Made by a program: the position numbers and the translations under genes
From: Patescibacteria group bacterium
GTDB lineage: Bacteria > Patescibacteriota > Minisyncoccia > Phycocordibacterales > DATDWN01
DNA length: 64,000 nt
Direction of reading: 5' to 3'
Assembly: GCA_040384485.1 (NCBI GenBank)
Contig: JAZKJH010000003.1
Span: 144,979-208,978 of the forward strand
The notes under the pieces: generated by a model
What the model saw: only the letters and a program-made list of their open reading frames with translations
Database searches by the model: none
Told to the model about the DNA's origin: nothing
In this document: positions 26,292 to 34,117 of the stretch, one piece after another
Layout: each line of letters opens with the position of its first letter
How positions within the stretch are numbered: position 1 is the stretch's first letter

Positions 26292-27447
26292 AACTTCCAG
26301 AAATCTAAGAAAGCGAATGGTTAATGAGTTTCCAAACGGGAACCCATTAGCTTTGATTGGTGTAGCAACTCAAGTGTTGGATTTGGGACTTACTGCTGAT
26401 GAGTTGTTTGACTACATCGTAAAAGATGTAGCCCGTCGACTCGTTATGAAGTTTCACCCAGACAGGTCCGTTCCTGAAAGCCAAACAGTAGACACTGAAC
26501 TTCAAAGGAAGTATTCAGAGGCTTACGAGCTTTTGAAAAACAGAACTACCTTTGACAGGGCTATGGCCGAGTTCAGAGCCTTGAGGTCCGAAGAGCGAAA
26601 CGAGACAAAACACTTGCGTCGAGCACTCGAAGATGCGCGAAAGAAGATTGAGCGCATCAGCTCAAAAGACAAGGAGTTGCTTTCGAGAGAGAGAAAACTC
26701 AGTGTCGATACCAGCAAGTTGGCCGAAGCTCGTGAGATTTTTTCCAAAGAGCAGCATGAGCAAAGCTTGATTGTTCCAAAACTTGAGAATCATATCGAAA
26801 GCATGAGTGATCGATATGAAAAAGCTCGGCTAGCATCCTCGTACCACAGAAAACTATTTGATGGACTTCATCGATACTTTTCCTATCTTGGCGACATAAA
26901 AGGCAGTCTCGGCACTCATGTTTTGGATGCAAGATGGGTGATGGTCGCTGTTTTACTTCCAAAGTTCAAGGCGAACAAAGTAATAAAGCCTGAGGACGAA
27001 GGAAAGTGGACGGAAGAATTCCTCAAATCTGTTGGGCACTTAGAGATTCCAGTGGAGACGCTGGAACAGGTTCTTGAGAGATGGATACAGATGCAGAAAA
27101 GTTTCTATAGTTTTCCAAACTTAGAAGCTACAAAATACCTGCATCCTAGACTGTGTGTAATGGAACTTTCTGGCGCAAAACCCAGACCGATCCTTGGACT
27201 AGATCATCCTGGCCCTGTCGGGCGGATTATTGGGTCAATACCCAATTCGCTGGAGCAGTTCGATTTGCTCAGTTTGAAGAATTTGGTTCCAAGAACGACT
27301 ATGTTCGAGGAAACCATACCGTTTGTAGTTGAGGGAGGACTTCTCGTTTCAACTATGTTTCTGAAAACTAGCAAATTTCATGCTAACGACCCTGGTGAAG
27401 CCCATTTTGCGAGAGAGACTCGCAGGCTCATCCTGGGAGTTGGATAG
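26284..27447 (+). CDS. J-domain (DnaJ-like, HPD motif) protein with a coiled-coil middle and a ~200-aa C-terminal domain of unknown function
   Basis: Residues ~35-95, DELFDYIVKDVARRLVMKFHPDRSVPESQ...RKYSEAYELLKNRTTFDRA, match helices II-IV of a J domain including the HPD tripeptide. Confidence 0.6.
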   Translation: MSETSRNLRKRMVNEFPNGNPLALIGVATQVLDLGLTADELFDYIVKDVARRLVMKFHPDRSVPESQTVDTELQRKYSEAYELLKNRTTFDRAMAEFRALRSEERNETKHLRRALEDARKKIERISSKDKELLSRERKLSVDTSKLAEAREIFSKEQHEQSLIVPKLENHIESMSDRYEKARLASSYHRKLFDGLHRYFSYLGDIKGSLGTHVLDARWVMVAVLLPKFKANKVIKPEDEGKWTEEFLKSVGHLEIPVETLEQVLERWIQMQKSFYSFPNLEATKYLHPRLCVMELSGAKPRPILGLDHPGPVGRIIGSIPNSLEQFDLLSLKNLVPRTTMFEETIPFVVEGGLLVSTMFLKTSKFHANDPGEAHFARETRRLILGVG

Positions 27448-27551
27448 TGGAATATAAAATATACACCGAATCGCATGGTCCTAATACGACTATCCGATTC
27501 GGTTTTTTTGTATTATCACTTTGGATTACCATTTGGTACAATTCTATTTAT

Positions 27552-28358
27552 ATGAAAATCATCAGTTGGAATTTAAACGGCATTCGTGCAGTACACAAAA
27601 AAGGTCTTTTTAACGAATTTATAGACAAACACAAGCCAGATATTGTTTGTTTTCAAGAAACAAAAGCCCAGGAGGAACAAAGTGAGGTTGATTTGCCAGA
27701 CTACACTGAGTATTGGAACTCCGCGGTGAAAAAAGGCTACAGTGGAACAGCCATTTTCCATAACAACAAAAACGGCCCCCTACCAATTTCCATAACTAAA
27801 GATTTTCCAGAGAAAATAGTAAAAAAATACAAACTAGAAGATAAGTATGGCGACCCGAACACAGAGGGTCGTGTGATAACTGCAGAATACGAAGATTTTT
27901 ATTTAGTCACTGTATATACTCCGAATGCCAAAGACGACTTGTCGCGAATCCCCCTACGACACCTTGGTTGGGATCCAGCTTTTCTAGAACATGTGCAAGA
28001 GTTAGATAAACACAAACCAGTTATTTTCTGCGGAGACTTAAACGTTGCCCATACTGAAGACGATCTTGCTCGACCGAAAGACAATGTTGGTAAAAAAGGT
28101 TTTACTGCTGAAGAGCGAGAAGGAATCCAGAAATTTATTGATGCAGGTTTTGTAGATACCTTTCGGATATTTAGGGAAGGCAACGGGCACTACACCTGGT
28201 GGAGTCATTTTGCTAACGCTCGCGAGCGCAATGTCGGCTGGAGAATAGACTACTTTTTTGTAAGTAAAAGAATAAAAAATAAAGTAAAAAAAGCAGAAAT
28301 ACTCCCAGAGGTTTTAGGTTCAGATCATTGCCCGGTAGTTATAGAGATAGATTTGTAA
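27552..28358 (+). CDS. xth: Exodeoxyribonuclease III (ExoIII/Xth AP endonuclease)
   Basis: MKIISWNLNGIRA start, FQETK, catalytic GDLNVAH and SDHCPV motifs; the annotated longer ORF (from 27447) probably has an N-terminal over-extension. Confidence 0.9.
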   Translation: MKIISWNLNGIRAVHKKGLFNEFIDKHKPDIVCFQETKAQEEQSEVDLPDYTEYWNSAVKKGYSGTAIFHNNKNGPLPISITKDFPEKIVKKYKLEDKYGDPNTEGRVITAEYEDFYLVTVYTPNAKDDLSRIPLRHLGWDPAFLEHVQELDKHKPVIFCGDLNVAHTEDDLARPKDNVGKKGFTAEEREGIQKFIDAGFVDTFRIFREGNGHYTWWSHFANARERNVGWRIDYFFVSKRIKNKVKKAEILPEVLGSDHCPVVIEIDL

Positions 28359-28359
28359 T

Positions 28360-28965
28360 TTATTCACTAATACCTCCAAACTGTATTTCCGGCAGAGTTA
28401 TCGAAGAAAACTTTTCATTGGCAACTTTAGGAATAGGTCTAGTAATATCTTTCATTTTTGGGCTATTCGGTTTTAAGGGTTCTTGCCCAATAACTTCCGT
28501 GTGTATATCCCCTCCTACAAAGCCGAGTGTGATGTGAAAATATCTAGAAGGTAATCCGATTTTTGCTCGGAACTCTTGTAATGCAGGAATATCCAATGCG
28601 ACAAAAGATGTTTTCTTTACTGTATCAACTTCTCTCATTTTAAATTCTTCTCCAGCTCCATCTATTACACCAATCCCTTGGATAGTTATTCCTTCGCCAT
28701 TCAGAATCTGTTTGTTTATCTCATTCAATTCTGCTAACTGCTCTTCAGTCAAAGTTGCCAGTACTTTTGACTCTGCCGGTCCAATAATAGTTAAGTGAAA
28801 ACCATCTTCCCTGGGTGCGAAATTTATTCCCGTTTGTTGCTTCAGCTCTTCCAAAGTCTGACCAAGGTCAGTTTTAATCTCCACTTCCAGAGATTTCATT
28901 TGCTGGATTTTTTCTAAAGTTAGCTCACTACTTTCTTCTGTTGGCATTGCATCGAGTTCTTTCAT
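28360..28965 (-). CDS. 2H phosphoesterase superfamily protein (LigT/ThpR-like), tentative
   Basis: Two H-x-T-x motifs flanked by hydrophobic residues (FHLTIIGP and FHITLGFVGG) about 85 residues apart. Confidence 0.4.
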   Translation of the reverse strand: MKELDAMPTEESSELTLEKIQQMKSLEVEIKTDLGQTLEELKQQTGINFAPREDGFHLTIIGPAESKVLATLTEEQLAELNEINKQILNGEGITIQGIGVIDGAGEEFKMREVDTVKKTSFVALDIPALQEFRAKIGLPSRYFHITLGFVGGDIHTEVIGQEPLKPNSPKMKDITRPIPKVANEKFSSITLPEIQFGGISE

Positions 28966-29487
28966 TTGTTTGTAAGGTTAATTATGAATCAATTGTATCA
29001 CTGGTGCCTGAATGGAAGAAAACTACTCTTAGTATCAAAAAACCGCCCGGACAAAACCTTGGAGCAATTTCACAATTGTTCGTTGGTATGTTACGCAGGG
29101 CGGTTGGCTAAACTGTTTGGGCAAACAGTTTAGTGGAGAAGTACATCCCAGTTGAGGTGATAGAGTGGGGTACAATATCACGCTTTTTAAAATAGTAGAT
29201 AAAGTTGATGATATTTTGACCATCCAACAGTACACCTACCAGGGTGCCTTCAAGGGGGAGGCTCGGCCGAGCCTCAAAAAATTGAAAGAACAAATTAAGA
29301 AGTTCATCCCGGGGTTTATCGGAAATCTTTTCTTGTTCTGAAATTAGTATATGTTTTTATAAAAGACATGTAAAGGACAAACAAAATAAAATTGTGGATA
29401 ACTAAATTTTAAATTGTATTTCTAGAGGGAAAAATAAAAGACAATATAATTTTACAAAATAAAAATCGATACTGAATGTATCGATTT

Positions 29488-30957
29488 TTATTTTACTTTA
29501 TGTTCTTTTCTTATTTTCTTCACCTCTATTTCATCCGCTTCTTCTTTGCTCTCTTTTCCACTCTCCCCCAGTGCTTTTAATTCGTCGGGTGGGAGTTGCA
29601 TCAGCTCTATTGCTTTGGTTTCCATGTATTCCTCGGTATTTTTCAACGGATCATCTAAAACTTCTTCAAGTAAGGCATGCAAAATGAATCCGATATGAGG
29701 TCCTGGTGCAGTTTTTGTTATTTCTATTATTTTTTTACCATCAATCTTGAGCATTCCTACCGAAACTGGGTCACGAAGTGCTTCTTCTATCATGGCGTGG
29801 TATTTGCGGAGACGATACGGGTCTTCTTTGGGCCTGCCAGTTCCTATACGGTCGCATATGCGCAGATTCATAAGATCCCAGATATTCTCCCGTCCAACAT
29901 TTACAATCATTCTACGGACCGCAGAGAGCGTAATTTGCTCAGTGTCAGAAAAGAACATGTGCCAACGAATCATCTTGGTTACTTTTTCAATAACTTTCGT
30001 CGGATACTTCATTCTTTCCAAGATTTTCTTGGTAACTCTTGCTCCAACCACTTCGTGACCATAAAAAGTCCACATTTTTGCCTTCAATCCCCTTCTGCGG
30101 GTTTCTGGTTTAGAAATATCATGAAACAAAGCCGAAAGTCGCATTTCTAGAGGGTAATTTTTGTCAGCCGAGGCCTGTACAGAGCGGAGCAAATGTTCCC
30201 ATACGTCGTATGAGTGTGCCCCACCTTGTTCTATTCCTATAGCTTTCTCTAGTTCAGGCGAGATATATTTCAAAATATCTAGCTTCCTCAGTGTCTGAAT
30301 AGCTATCATAGGGCTTGGAGACATAAGCATTTTGTTAAACTCATCTCGAATCCTCTCAGTACTGATGTTTTCTAATAGTTGAGCGTTGTTTAAGATAGCT
30401 TTCTCTGTCTCAGGCTCTATCTCGAACCCTAGTTCTACAGCAAAACGAATAACTCTAAGCATTCTAAGGCCATCTTCGTTGAAACGGTCCTCTGGCTTCC
30501 CTACTGTTCTAGCTATTTTATTTTGTAAGTCTTTCTGTCCCTCGAACAAGTCCACAATTGTTTCTTGTGAAACTGAGTACGCAAGAGAGTTGATGGTCAA
30601 ATCCCTTCTTTTTAGATCATCTTCTATTTTTTGGCTAAAAGTAACACTGTCTGGGTGCCTGTTGTCTGAATACTCGGATTCAAGTCTGTAAGGAGTCACT
30701 TCTATCACTTTTAGGCGCTCATCCCCCACTTCTTCGTTTACAATCCCTACTGTCCCAAAGGTATTTTCGTAAAACGTGTGGGTAAACAAAGGAATTATCT
30801 GTTCCGGAGTCGCGTTTGTGGTCACATCCCAATCCTTCGGATCCCTGCCGAGGATAAGATCTCTGACACATCCACCTACAAGAAAAGCCTCAAAACCAGC
30901 TTTTTCTAGCTCTTTTGTTACATATGAAACTTCACTGGGTATGGAGAATTTGTGCAT
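29488..30957 (-). CDS. cca: CCA-adding tRNA nucleotidyltransferase with a C-terminal HD domain
   Basis: Polymerase-beta head GGCVRDLILGR...DWDVTT, RRDLTIN, HD-domain motif (ALFHDISKP). Confidence 0.85.
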   Translation of the reverse strand: MHKFSIPSEVSYVTKELEKAGFEAFLVGGCVRDLILGRDPKDWDVTTNATPEQIIPLFTHTFYENTFGTVGIVNEEVGDERLKVIEVTPYRLESEYSDNRHPDSVTFSQKIEDDLKRRDLTINSLAYSVSQETIVDLFEGQKDLQNKIARTVGKPEDRFNEDGLRMLRVIRFAVELGFEIEPETEKAILNNAQLLENISTERIRDEFNKMLMSPSPMIAIQTLRKLDILKYISPELEKAIGIEQGGAHSYDVWEHLLRSVQASADKNYPLEMRLSALFHDISKPETRRRGLKAKMWTFYGHEVVGARVTKKILERMKYPTKVIEKVTKMIRWHMFFSDTEQITLSAVRRMIVNVGRENIWDLMNLRICDRIGTGRPKEDPYRLRKYHAMIEEALRDPVSVGMLKIDGKKIIEITKTAPGPHIGFILHALLEEVLDDPLKNTEEYMETKAIELMQLPPDELKALGESGKESKEEADEIEVKKIRKEHKVK

Positions 30958-31014
30958 ACTGATTTATTTTAACATAGACCGAGCTAGATATTTATAGTAA
31001 TATGTTTTACTAAT

Positions 31015-31086
31015 GCACCCGTAGCTCAATGGATAGAGTACCGGTCTTCGGAACCGTGGATGTGGGTTCGATTCCTGCCGGGTGCA
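31015..31086 (+). tRNA. tRNA-Arg (anticodon TCG)
   Basis: Cloverleaf by eye: acceptor GCACCCG/CGGGTGC, D arm GCTC..GAGT, anticodon loop CTTCGGA, T loop TTCGATT; no encoded CCA. Confidence 0.6.
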
Positions 31087-31115
31087 CAATGAATGCTTTT
31101 TAGTGCGGCTTACGG

Positions 31116-31224
31116 AACTGGGAAACCCACGGTTTTCCCAATCCTTCCTCCACGGAAAACTCCCGTTTTCCGACCCTTTCCCACCCGGTACCCGCAGCAA
31201 AAATAACAGAGTTATTTTTTTCTG
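31116..31224 (-). mobile_element. ~110-nt structured element inserted immediately 3' of tRNA-Gly(GCC), flanked by a ~12-nt duplication of the tRNA 3' end; copy 1 of 2
   Basis: Internal hairpins GGGAAACCCACGGTTTTCCC and CGGAAAACTCCCGTTTTCCG. The tRNA 3' terminus TGCGGCTACCGG (31225-31236) recurs as TGCGGCTTACGG at 31104-31115 on the far side. Nearly identical to 32182-32293 in inverted orientation. Confidence 0.5.
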
Positions 31225-31295
31225 TGCGGCTACCGGGAATCGAACCCGAATCTCGTCCTTGGCAAGGACGTGTTCTACCACTAAACCATAGCCGC
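31225..31295 (-). tRNA. tRNA-Gly (anticodon GCC)
   Basis: Reverse complement reads GCGGCTATGGTTTAGTGGTAGAACACGTCCTTGCCAAGGACGAGATTCGGGTTCGATTCCCGGTAGCCGCA; anticodon stem CGTCC/GGACG, loop TTGCCAA. Confidence 0.8.
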
Positions 31296-31612
31296 AATCC
31301 CTAGAATAATACTATTATCCAAGCAAAAAGTAAAATTGTCTTTTTAGTGTTTAAAACTTAATGTTTTGTTAATAACTGTGGATAACCTTGTGGACATGTG
31401 TATTAAAGACAGGTCTTTGACTTCCCTGTTTTTGGAGTTTAAAAGTCAGTTTTTGATGATAATATGGCTACAAACAAGGGTTTTTAGAATAAGACAGCGC
31501 AGTTTATGCTACCAAGTGACAGGAGAATATGCATTTCACGTGAAACACACCTATAAATGTTACACATGTAACAAATAGACCTATTTTGTGGAAGGAGTTA
31601 TAATAATGTTAC

Positions 31613-32044
31613 ATGTGGAACAGAGCTAAAAAGGCTAAGGAACAGACTGAAAAGCAAAAAATTGGAAAGATAGGGGAGGATTCGGCTTGTGTTTATTTGG
31701 AAAGGACAGGTTTCGCTATTTTGGATAGAAATTACCTCAAAAAATGGGGAGAAATAGATATTGTGGCTAAAAAGAAGGATAAAATACATTTTGTGGAAGT
31801 AAAAAGTGTAAGTAGGAATTTGAATAACGTTTCGGATGAAACATTTGGTAGGGAAGGTGAATACCGGGCTGAAGACAATATGCATCCATGGAAACTAGAA
31901 CGCCTAGCTAGAGCCATCAGCTCATATCTATTGGACAAAAACGTTTCGGATGAAACAGAGTGGCAACTGGATCTGGCTGTCGTTTATGTGGATATGGATA
32001 AGAGACTTTCGAGAGTGGAAATTCTACATGACATAGTCCTATAG
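31613..32044 (+). CDS. YraN/UPF0102-family endonuclease-like protein
   Basis: GEDSACVYLERTGFAILDRNYLKKWGEIDIVAKKKDKIHFVEVKS matches the YraN core; preceded by GGAAGGAG Shine-Dalgarno. Confidence 0.65.
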   Translation: MWNRAKKAKEQTEKQKIGKIGEDSACVYLERTGFAILDRNYLKKWGEIDIVAKKKDKIHFVEVKSVSRNLNNVSDETFGREGEYRAEDNMHPWKLERLARAISSYLLDKNVSDETEWQLDLAVVYVDMDKRLSRVEILHDIVL

Positions 32045-32101
32045 AATAAATTGTAATTTGGAATCTTTGTGGTAGACTTGTTGAGTAATATATTTAGTAT
32101 A

Positions 32102-32172
32102 CGGGGTGTAGTATAGCGGTAGTATTCATGATTTGGGATCATGAGGCCCGAGTTCGATTCTCGGCACCCCGA
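32102..32172 (+). tRNA. tRNA-Pro (anticodon TGG)
   Basis: C1:G72 acceptor CGGGGTG/CACCCCG, anticodon stem CATGA/TCATG with loop TTTGGGA, T arm CCGAG-TTCGATT-CTCGG. Confidence 0.75.
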
Positions 32173-32181
32173 CAATAAAAT

Positions 32182-32293
32182 CTTTAGATTTTTGACGTGC
32201 CGAGAGGGAAAGGGTCGGAAAACGGGAGTTTTCCGTGGAGGAAGGCAACGAGCAAAGCGAGTGTTGGAAAACCGTGGGTTTCCAAGGACGGTA
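32182..32293 (+). mobile_element. Copy 2 of the ~110-nt structured element, immediately 3' of tRNA-Pro, flanked by a 15-nt direct repeat of the tRNA 3' end
   Basis: CCCCGACAATAAAAT occurs at 32167-32181 (tRNA-Pro 3' end plus trailer) and again at 32294-32308. The internal sequence is the reverse complement of the 31116-31224 element (shared core CCTTCCTCCACGGAAAACTCCCGTTTTCCGACCCTTTCCC). Confidence 0.5.
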
Positions 32294-32366
32294 ACCCCGA
32301 CAATAAAATTCTTCAGTTTTCAGTATTATCCTCGCAAAAAATTTTTGTTGCTGATATTATTTATTA

Positions 32367-33281
32367 ATGCTCACAACAATAGTTATCCCGGTTCTCTCTT
32401 TAGTGGCAGTGTTTCTTTTTGCAGTAGGGAAGTTTAGTAACCAAATCCGTCAGACAACAGACGACAAATTGCGTCATTATCTTAATAAATTTACTAAAAC
32501 TCCATTTAGAGGACTGTTGGTCGGAACTTTTTTTACAGCGATAGTGCAGTCTAGTACAGCCACAACTGTTATATTGGTGAGTATAGTGGGGGCGGGAGTA
32601 CTACCTTTTGTTAACAGTCTTGGGGTTATTTTTGGAGCAAACATAGGTACAGCATTAGCAACCCAGTTGGTGGCACTAAAACTTTCAGCCATCGCGCCGT
32701 ATATTATTATTGTTGGCTATTTGTTTTCTAACTTCAGTGAGAGATATAAAAAACTTGGTAAACCAATATTTTATTTCGGTTTGATATTTTTCAGTCTTTA
32801 TTTGATAGGTTTGTATGTGGAGCCACTGAAGGATAGTCAACTTGCAATAAGTTTGTTCTCAAGTATCTCCAATATTTACCTAGCTATACTTTTTGGGTTT
32901 ATTTTTACGGCAATTATTCAAGCAAGTTTGGTCACATCTAGTCTTGCTGTTCTGCTTGCTGGTGCCGGGGTACTTTCTTTTGAGCAGGCTATCGGACTTA
33001 TCCTTGGAGCCAACTTGGGAACAACAACCACCGCTCTTATCGCAGCGATAAAACTTGATGTGGATGCAAAGAAGGTTGCCATGGCCCACTTTCTTTTCAA
33101 CTTCTTAGGAGTTTTGATGTTGATACCAGTTTATGGGTATTTTGTGGATTTGGTTAAGTGGATAGGTGGGGGACTGGATCAGGAAGTGGCAACAGCGAAT
33201 ATTTTGTTAAACGTTTTTTCAGCAATTATATTTTTAATTTTCATTAAGCCATTTAAAAGGCTTATTGACCTTACTGTTTAG
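32367..33281 (+). CDS. Na+/phosphate cotransporter-family (NptA-like) membrane protein
   Basis: Polytopic; duplicated QSSTATT / TSSLAV motifs characteristic of Na/Pi cotransporter family II. Confidence 0.75.
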   Translation: MLTTIVIPVLSLVAVFLFAVGKFSNQIRQTTDDKLRHYLNKFTKTPFRGLLVGTFFTAIVQSSTATTVILVSIVGAGVLPFVNSLGVIFGANIGTALATQLVALKLSAIAPYIIIVGYLFSNFSERYKKLGKPIFYFGLIFFSLYLIGLYVEPLKDSQLAISLFSSISNIYLAILFGFIFTAIIQASLVTSSLAVLLAGAGVLSFEQAIGLILGANLGTTTTALIAAIKLDVDAKKVAMAHFLFNFLGVLMLIPVYGYFVDLVKWIGGGLDQEVATANILLNVFSAIIFLIFIKPFKRLIDLTV

Positions 33282-33331
33282 ATAATAAAAAAACACCTCG
33301 CTCCCAAAACAGGGAACGAGGTGAGTGGTTG

Positions 33332-33787
33332 CTAACGACCAATTTCACCATAGACGAAGGTTGGTCTACCCTGCACAATCACAATTTGAAGCCGATTCAT
33401 GTTAAGTTCTCTTCGTGCCAGTCTAACCGCTTCATCCCAGTCGTGGAACTGAGCTTTGATGTTTTCCGACTCAGAGTCATCCCCTAAGCTTTGCGGAATT
33501 CCGAGTAACACCACTTGCCCTTCGAGACGGTCAAAATCTTCTGGATCGAGGGGTGGTGAGTCGAAAAAACCAATCTGACTAAGAAGAACAAAAAACACAG
33601 CAGCGTGCTGTGCGGCCAGAACTGACTTGATGCAAACCGGAGTCTGTTCTCCGTCAATGAAGAAGAATCCGTGAGGTTCTTTTTCAGTGTGTGGATGTTG
33701 TGAAAGTCCAAAATCGACTCGTGGCATTTGTGTCCTCCAATGTACAAAATCTGAGTTTAAAATAGCAACCCGAGATATCTTTGTCAA
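33332..33787 (-). CDS. Hypothetical protein (true start probably at the internal MPRVDF...), higher GC
   Basis: ORF only; no motif recognised. Confidence 0.35.
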   Translation of the reverse strand: MTKISRVAILNSDFVHWRTQMPRVDFGLSQHPHTEKEPHGFFFIDGEQTPVCIKSVLAAQHAAVFFVLLSQIGFFDSPPLDPEDFDRLEGQVVLLGIPQSLGDDSESENIKAQFHDWDEAVRLARRELNMNRLQIVIVQGRPTFVYGEIGR

Positions 33788-33811
33788 TTAATTTTGTGAT
33801 ATATTTGGTTT

Positions 33812-34117
33812 ATGACTTTTATTAAAAATAAGGAAGACTTTGTTTGTGAAAAATGTGGAACAGAGGTTGCTGGTAATGGATACACTAACCATTGTCCAGA
33901 ATGTTTGTGGTCCAAACATGTTGATATAAATCCAGGGGACAGAGCGAGCATTTGTGCGGGAATGATGGAGCCGGTGCGTGTAGAAAAAAAAGGAAAAGAA
34001 TATACGTTAATCCACAAATGCATTAAATGTGGTTTTGAAAAACCAAACAAGGCTGTACCGGAAGATAATTTTCAAATTCTGGTACAGGTCTCGGCAGAAA
34101 ATGCAAAAAAGTTTTAA
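33812..34117 (+). CDS. RNHCP-domain zinc-ribbon protein
   Basis: CEKCG...GYTNHCPECLWSKH...CIKCG pattern matches the RNHCP domain. Confidence 0.55.
   Translation: MTFIKNKEDFVCEKCGTEVAGNGYTNHCPECLWSKHVDINPGDRASICAGMMEPVRVEKKGKEYTLIHKCIKCGFEKPNKAVPEDNFQILVQVSAENAKKF

Noticed and set aside
29035-29300. Small antisense ORFs (61 and 66 aa) and a structured region between the 2H-phosphoesterase gene and cca, considered as an ncRNA or small protein
   Set aside because: The 61-aa ORF starts with TTG and has no Shine-Dalgarno. The palindromes (AAACTGTTTgggCAAACAGTTT, GGCTCGGCCGAGCC) are not followed by U-runs on either strand. The evidence is too weak to call a gene.
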